Assembly (NCBI GenBank): GCA_002269645.1
Contig: NIVC01002571.1
Coordinates: 1 to 64,000, forward strand
Direction: 5' to 3'
DNA length: 64,000 bases
From: Macrostomum lignano
Lineage: Eukaryota
This document shows positions 57,726 to 64,000 of the stretch, in pieces; the stretch's first letter is position 1; each line of letters starts with the position of its first letter. The notes under the pieces were generated by a model. The model was not told the origin of the DNA and did no database searches. It saw nothing but the letters and a program-made list of their open reading frames with translations. A program made the translations under genes and the position numbers.

Positions 57726-59681
57726 TGCCATGTAATATACGTATACTCATACATGCAACTACATGTATAAAGATTATTGTCACATTCTTTCTCTTATTAT
57801 TTCTCGTTGTGTAATTTTGTGATTATCAAACGCCAACATTAGACATTATACATGTATATGTATCAATCTACATATCTATAGTCTGCATATAGATATAGTC
57901 GCCCTCCTCCTTTCACATTCTGGGCTTATTAGGACCAGACAATGGCGGAGTTACGACCTACAAAGATAGTCATTAAATACCGTAATTCATAGCTATACAT
58001 ATAGGCACAAAGATCACAAAGTTCACAAAGCACAAAGAGAATAGCATTAAGACCCATTAAAATCCATTATGTAACTACACATGCATGGCCACATACTTTT
58101 GCTGCCTCCCCTTTGGTTGTAGAAGTAATAATGCCAATATTAGGGCTTTAACAAGGAAGCAAAAATAATTATTAGAGCTTGGCAAGTTTGAACCTATTAG
58201 GGTGAACCAAAAGTTTCCAGAATTTTTTTCGAATCAAATTTTTAGTTACTTTTTATCTATGAAAAAGCTTAAAATTAAGCAGCAACCATCTACTATGCTG
58301 TTGGCCAGGCCTTATCATCACTTAATTTTTGAAGTGTTGATTATGTTTTAACAATTAGGCCAAGAACTAAATGGCGAGCACTAGTATTTCATGGCTTGGG
58401 CGCAAACAAAGGCCGCGCCACCGGCAGTGTCAGCTAGCAGACAGTCAACGTAACGCCGAGTTCGCGCTTGACCTCACCTCGCCAGTAGAGGGTGCCTGCA
58501 GTGTGAGCAGCAGCATCTCCTGCACCAGCTGTGGGCAGTACGACTCGGCGCGGATGAGATAGCCTGCAAGCTGGAGTCGCCAAAGGTGCAGTAGATCGCT
58601 TGGATGTGGAAGGCCAGCGTGGCGATAGAGTGGATGCCAATTATAGCGACAAGTTGAATTTCTAAGTGTGTATTTAATCGTAAACCTACTTCCAAATATA
58701 CTAAATCTCTAAGGTTTGTACATATGCTTGTTACAGACTAAATTGACTGAGTAACAATTTATAACAATATAACAATCGAATAACAACTTATAGGCCCTAG
58801 CCTTTTGAAATCTTGGGATGACGAAGTGTCCTCAAAATTTGGTCACTTCGTCATCTAGATTTACTAACTATTTTTTGATGACGAAACATCCAAAATCCAT
58901 GGTCACAAAGTTGTAAGATGACAGTGTCCAGGAACCTAGAGTATAGCCTAGGCCTAGGAGTGGGATGGCTGCATAGCACATTGACTGACAATGGAATGGG
59001 ATGACCTATCCTTTATCCCCTATCCCCTATCCACTTGTCTAGACACCCTATTCCACTTGTTATCCAATTTGCAGCTACATTAATCTTACAATATATATTT
59101 TAATGTCAATTTAATATTGCTAAAAAACTAACTATTCAAAGTTATACACATTTTAGTTTTATAACAGAATAGAAATGAAATTTTGCTAATAAATAATGTA
59201 GGCCCTAGTAAAAATAATAGACAAAAATTCCCAATCATAGATTAAAGCTGCATATACAGTCCTGTCTTTAGAATTTATAGACTTGTAAATTTGATAAAAT
59301 ATCTAATAAATATTTCTTTCCTATACTTAGAAAAAGTGACTGACAAGAAGTCCAAAGACTAGGCCTATGTATACAAAATATCTAGCTAGCAGCTAGCTTG
59401 GCCAATCTAGCTAAGTAATAAGGTGGCCATGGTAAGTATATCAAAACTAATTAACCAAGCACCAAAAAATTAAAAGTATTAATATATAGGTCAAAAACAA
59501 TAAATTGAATGAATGAATAAAAGTAAAAAAAGAAAAGAAGTGTCTATATAAGTAGGCCTAAAACATTAAAAGAAAAGTACTTAAGTATATACCAAATTAC
59601 TATATTAATAATTAAAGCCAAAGTAAGAAAATATTAAAGTTGTATAAAGAGCAAAACTGTTACAAAATGTTTCTTAAAATA

Positions 59682-60471
59682 TGAGGGGTGTTGCAAAAGT
59701 TTTTGGACTAATGCTCTTCATGATAATAATTTTAGTCTGATTCAGCAAAAAAATTTAAATAGACAAACAGGCAACTTGTATTTTATAATATTATAAAGTT
59801 ACAGAAAGTTTGGAGTTGATAGTTAATAGTAATAAGCGATTGTACACTAGATTATTTATAGTCATGGAATACGATTTCCGAGTTATAGCTACCAATCACT
59901 GTCACTGTTGCTTCTATTGCTGGATGCGTCCACAGATTGATTGCTGGCTTGCTCCACGTATTTGCCATTTATGGAGATACATTTTTGGTAGTGCTCAATC
60001 AGCTTGTCAAAGCCAGACTCCCAGAAGCTGGCATCGAACCAACACAGAGACTTGTCTGCTGCTTCAATGACCTCGCGCGTTGTGAAGATCTCACCACACA
60101 TTGGCATCTTCATTGGGCCAAAGAACACCAAAAGCAAGATGCACCTCATCAAAGGTCTGTGTTGCTGTTTTGCCCTCTCATTGGCATGCCATGATAAAGT
60201 GGCGCTGGCTTTCCTTAGACCCAAACTCCGATGGATTCTTTGGTCAACTCATTTTCACTCACTTTTGGTTTGTGAAAAAATCGTGTCAATAGCTTCAAAG
60301 GATTGCAACTTATTTTGGCCCTGATATATGCTGTGATTGACTAAGCTGCAAAAAAATTTAGGAAAAGTTTTTTTCTATAACTGAATACCATAGACATCAA
60401 TTTTCAGCCTAATCAAACACAAATTGTCACCAGGATTAGCATTAGTCCGGAAACTTTTGCAACACCCCTCG
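59682..60471 (-). mobile_element. Tc1/mariner (mariner-type) internally deleted element
   Basis: TA-flanked TIRs (T/C)GAGGGGTGTTGCAAAAGTTT(TT/CC)GGACTAATGCT. Minus strand retains LGLRKASA and FFGPMK...GEIFTTREVIEA...GFDKLIEHYQKCISINGKYVE, the mariner transposase C-terminus. Confidence 0.88.
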
Positions 60472-60482
60472 TATAACTATAT

Positions 60483-60777
60483 CATACATGCGCAACAGTC
60501 GGCCGAGTCGGCCGATCCGGCCGACTGATTTGGCAGCCAACCAAGGAAGTCGCAAAAATGCCCACCCGAAATACCCCCGTAGTAGTACTAAGTAGCTGAC
60601 GAGGCATTTTTGCCTGATAAGACAGTCATAGTTACTCCCGCCGTTTACCCAAAGTTGCGTTAATTTTGCTTTAGGGTTTTTTTACATGTAAGTCGCATTT
60701 TTAGCCAAAAACTACGTCGCATTTTTGTTAAAACTAAGTCGCACGGCCGACCGAATTTTGGACGTTGCACATGTATG
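60483..60777. mobile_element. hAT-type MITE
   Basis: TIR CATACATG(C/T)GCAAC and exact 8-bp TSD AACTATAT at 60475-60482 and 60778-60785. Confidence 0.85.
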
Positions 60778-61309
60778 AACTATATTCAATATAAATTTTA
60801 TAGAAAACTATCAAGGTATCAAGATAAAATTCAAGGAAGTTGCACTTATATTAAGTATAAAGTGCCCTATCAAAGACAGATTTAAAAATATAAAATGGGA
60901 TAAGGTAGATTTAAACCATGAGTGGGGATGCCATAATATGGATTAGAGAAATGCCATAATTCATTAGATGGGTACTATACTAAGCAAACTGAAGACAGTG
61001 AAGACCTTTTTAGGGCAAAGGAAAAAGGGCACTATCATTGTTAGCCACAAGGTAGATAGCCACCCCTCTAAATTAGCCACTGTATTTTATATTTGATATC
61101 ATATGCCTTAAAATATAATATAAAATATAATATGAGTATCAATATGCAAACGATATATATTCTATTCTATTCTATTATTGTTTTGCAGATCAAAATACAA
61201 GTTTTTAAAAATAATATATTGAAATCAGAAATTTTTGAATCTATCTAATGCTAAAGTTATAAGCATACACAAAAGTTTAGTCTACTTTGCTGTGAATTTA
61301 GGTCTACTA

Positions 61310-61750
61310 AAGATCAGTATATTTAGGTTTGCTAAAGTTCAGTTTATTTAGGTCTGCTAAAGTTCTGTTTATTTAGGTCTGCTAAAGTTCAGTTCAGGTC
61401 TGCTAGAGTTCAGTTTATAGGTCTGCTAAAGTTCAGTTTAGGTCTGCTAAAGTTCAGTTTATAGGTCTGCTAAAGTTTAGTTTAGGTCTGCTAAAGTTCA
61501 GTTTATTTAGGTCTGCTAAATTTCAGTTTATTTAGGTCTGCTAAAGTTCAGTTTATTTAGGTCTGCTAAAGTTCAGTTCAGGTCTGCTAGAGTTCAGTTT
61601 ATAGGTCTGCTAAAGTTCAATTTAGGCCTGCTAAAGTTCAGTCTATTTAGGTCTGCTAAAGTTCAGTTTATTTAGGTCTGCTAAAGTTCAGTTTAGGTCT
61701 GCTGAAATTTAGTTTATTTAGGTCTGCTTAAGTTCAGTTTAGGTCTGCAC
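61310..61750. repeat. Minisatellite, 21-25 bp unit GGTCTGCTAAAGTTCAGTTTA(TTTA)
   Basis: Tandem repetition ending about 90 bp before the RasGEF acceptor. Confidence 0.92.
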
Positions 61751-61842
61751 AAATTTGTGCACTAGTCCTTTAATTTCATTTTTAATTAGGGGCCTGTGTT
61801 TCCCCAACTCTGCCCAAATTGCTGGCTGAGCAGGGCTCTCAG

Positions 61843-63912
61843 GATCTGGTGTTCAGCGAGAACCGGCTCGTCTCCGGCTCCCTGGACGCTCTGATCGACC
61901 TGTTCCTACCTTGCGCCGACGTGGCCCCGGACCCTGCCTATTCGTTCACCTTCCTGCTCACCTCGCGCCTGTTTGTGGCTCCGGCCGACCTGCTGTTTGA
62001 GCTCAGCCAGTGCCATCTGGCGATGCCGCACGGCCAGGAGCGGCGCCGTTTAGTTGAGCACTCGCTAGCCCTGCTGGACCAGTGGACTAAGCTATTCCCC
62101 TACGATTTTCTTGGCCGGAAAATGTCCGAAGTTCTGCGCGCCCTGTGCGAATCGTTGGCGAGGGAGTCGACTGACGCCTCGAAGCGGCTGGCCGACCTGA
62201 CCGCCTCCCTGCTGGCCCGACTCACGGCCGCTGCCCAGGCCGAGGCTGAGCTGCTTCGGCACTTTGAGGTCGGTCTCCGCCGCCTTCAGGAGCCGCCGTC
62301 AGCAGGGGTGCAAGACGCCGTCGCGGGCCTGCTGGCCATCTGCTCGGACCCCGCCGTGCTGGCCGACCAGCTCACCATCGCCGAGCTCGAGCGGCTGCGT
62401 CATCTTGGTCCGGAGGAGCTGCTGCAGAGCTTCTGCCAGGAGAATCCGCGAAGGCAGCCCGTGCTGTTGGAGGAGAAGAAGGTAAGAATTTTCTTTTCGC
62501 TTTTTTTCAGTTTAGATTTGACAGTTTTCAGGTTAGATCTGTCAGTTTTCAGTTTAGATCTGTCAGTTTTTAGGTTCGATCTGTAATTATTCAGTTTAAA
62601 TTAACTAGAGTTCAATTTAGATTCGCTACAGTTCAGTTTAGATTCGCTACAGTTCAGTTTAGATTCGCTACAGTTCAGTTTAGATTCGCTAGAGTTCAGT
62701 TTAGATTCGCTAGAGTTCAGTTTAGATTCGCTAGAGTTCAATTTAGATTCGCTAGAGTTCAGTTTAGATTCGCTAGAGTTCAGTTTAGATTCGCTAGAGT
62801 TCAATTTAGATTCGCTAGAGTTCAGTTTAGATTCGCTAGAGTTCAGTTTAGATTCGCTAGAGTTCAATTTAGATTCGCTAGAGTTCAGTTTAGATTCGCT
62901 AGAGTTCAGTTTAGATTCGCTAGACTTCAGTTTAGATTCGCTAGACTTCAGTTTAGATTCACTAGAGTTCAGTTTAGATTCGCTAGACTTCAGTTTAGAT
63001 TTGCTAGAGTTCAGTTTAGATTCGCTACAGTTTAGTTTAGATTTGCTAGAGGTCAGTTTAGATTCGCTAGACTTTAGTTTAGATTCGCTACAGTTCAGTT
63101 TAGATTCGCTACAGTTCAGTTTAGATTCGCTAGAGTTCAGTTTAGATTTGCTAGAGTTCAGTTTAGATTCGCTATAGCCCAGTTTAGATCTACAAGGTAC
63201 CAGTCCAAAACTGGCACTCGCGAGTCCCTCGTCGCATTTGCAGGTGCACTTTCTCGAAGCCTACGCGCACTGGTTCAACCGGCTGAGCGCCCTGACCGCC
63301 ACGGAGGTGTGCACCCGACTGCGCAAGCGCGATCGAGTCCGGGCCGTCGACCAGCTGGTTGCCGCTGCCAACGCCTGCCTGCGCCAGCGCAACTTCAACT
63401 CGGCCATGGCCATCCTGGCCGGCCTCAGTCAAGCGCCGGTGGCGCGCCTTCGCCGAACCTGGACTCGGGCGGCGCCAGGCTGCGCCGAGCTCGAAGCCCA
63501 GCTGAGTCCGGCGCACAATTTCGGCGCCTACAGACGGCTGCTGGCCGAGGCTGCCGGCCGGCCGGCCGTGCCGTTCTTCAGCCTGCTGCTGCGGGACCTG
63601 TTCGCGCTGGGCGAGCTGACCGCCACCCGCCAGGCCAATGGCTACATTAACTTTCTCAAATGTCACGAGGCGGCCAGGCTGGTTGCTCAACTGCTGGCCT
63701 GGCGCGGCGCCGGCTCCGGGCCGGCGGTCAGGCGGCCTGAGGTGCAGGAGTGCCTGGCAACCCAGCCGGTGCTGTCCGGCCCGGCCCTGGCCTACGCCAG
63801 CTTCGAGTGCGAGCCGCCGGACACCGAGGCTGAGCGGGCGGCCTTCAGGCAGCTGAGGGAGCGCACGGTGCCGCCGTCCTATGCTACTCTGCGCGGCAAG
63901 AAGGCCAAGTGA
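61843..63912 (+). CDS. RASGEF1: RASGEF1-like Ras guanine nucleotide exchange factor (REM + CDC25 domains); exons 61843 (or 61834)-62481 and 63244-63912; start codon not located
   Basis: DLVFSENRLVSGSLDALIDLFLP...YSFTFLLTSRLF (REM); LADQLTIAELERLRHLGPEEL; LEAYAHWFNRLS, NFNSAMAILAGL, PFFSLLLRDLF, NGYINFLKC (CDC25). Phase-0 intron. Confidence 0.9.
62560..63190. repeat. Minisatellite, 21-bp unit GATTCGCTAGAGTTCAGTTTA, about 29 copies
   Basis: Tandem repetition in the RasGEF intron. Confidence 0.95.
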
Positions 63913-64000
63913 TCGACCTGTATTTGGGCTCGCCGTCTGCAGCCTCGTGTCAGGGTGAAACTCAATCTGTTAACGGATCCTTCGAGTGTGTCTCAAACTA

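Noticed and set aside
58371-58562. Stand-alone small gene MASTSISWLGRKQRP...
   Set aside because: No recognisable domain; kept only as a possible first exon of RASGEF1.

Overview
Eukaryotic (animal) genomic DNA, not prokaryotic: GC-rich spliced exons, introns packed with 15-52 bp minisatellite arrays, and AT-rich intergenic blocks full of transposons. The style resembles a free-living flatworm such as Macrostomum (inference, not proven). Six host genes can be assembled with phase-consistent GT-AG introns: an SLC38A7-like amino-acid transporter (-), a DEG/ENaC channel (+) nested antisense in its 20.4 kb intron, a ZNRF1/2-like RING E3 ligase (+), a mARC/MOSC enzyme (-), an intronless class A GPCR (-) and a RASGEF1-like GEF (+). 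Mobile elements: a young full-length Mag-like Ty3/gypsy LTR element with 5-bp TSD, Merlin and mariner deletion derivatives, two hAT-type MITEs, two tRNA-derived SINE families and a degenerate intron-containing Crypton-type tyrosine recombinase. Most long ORFs in the supplied track are artefacts of tandem repeats. No CRISPR, rRNA or intact tRNA gene was seen. Array boundaries are approximate (about 10 bp); all calls are by eye, without searches.
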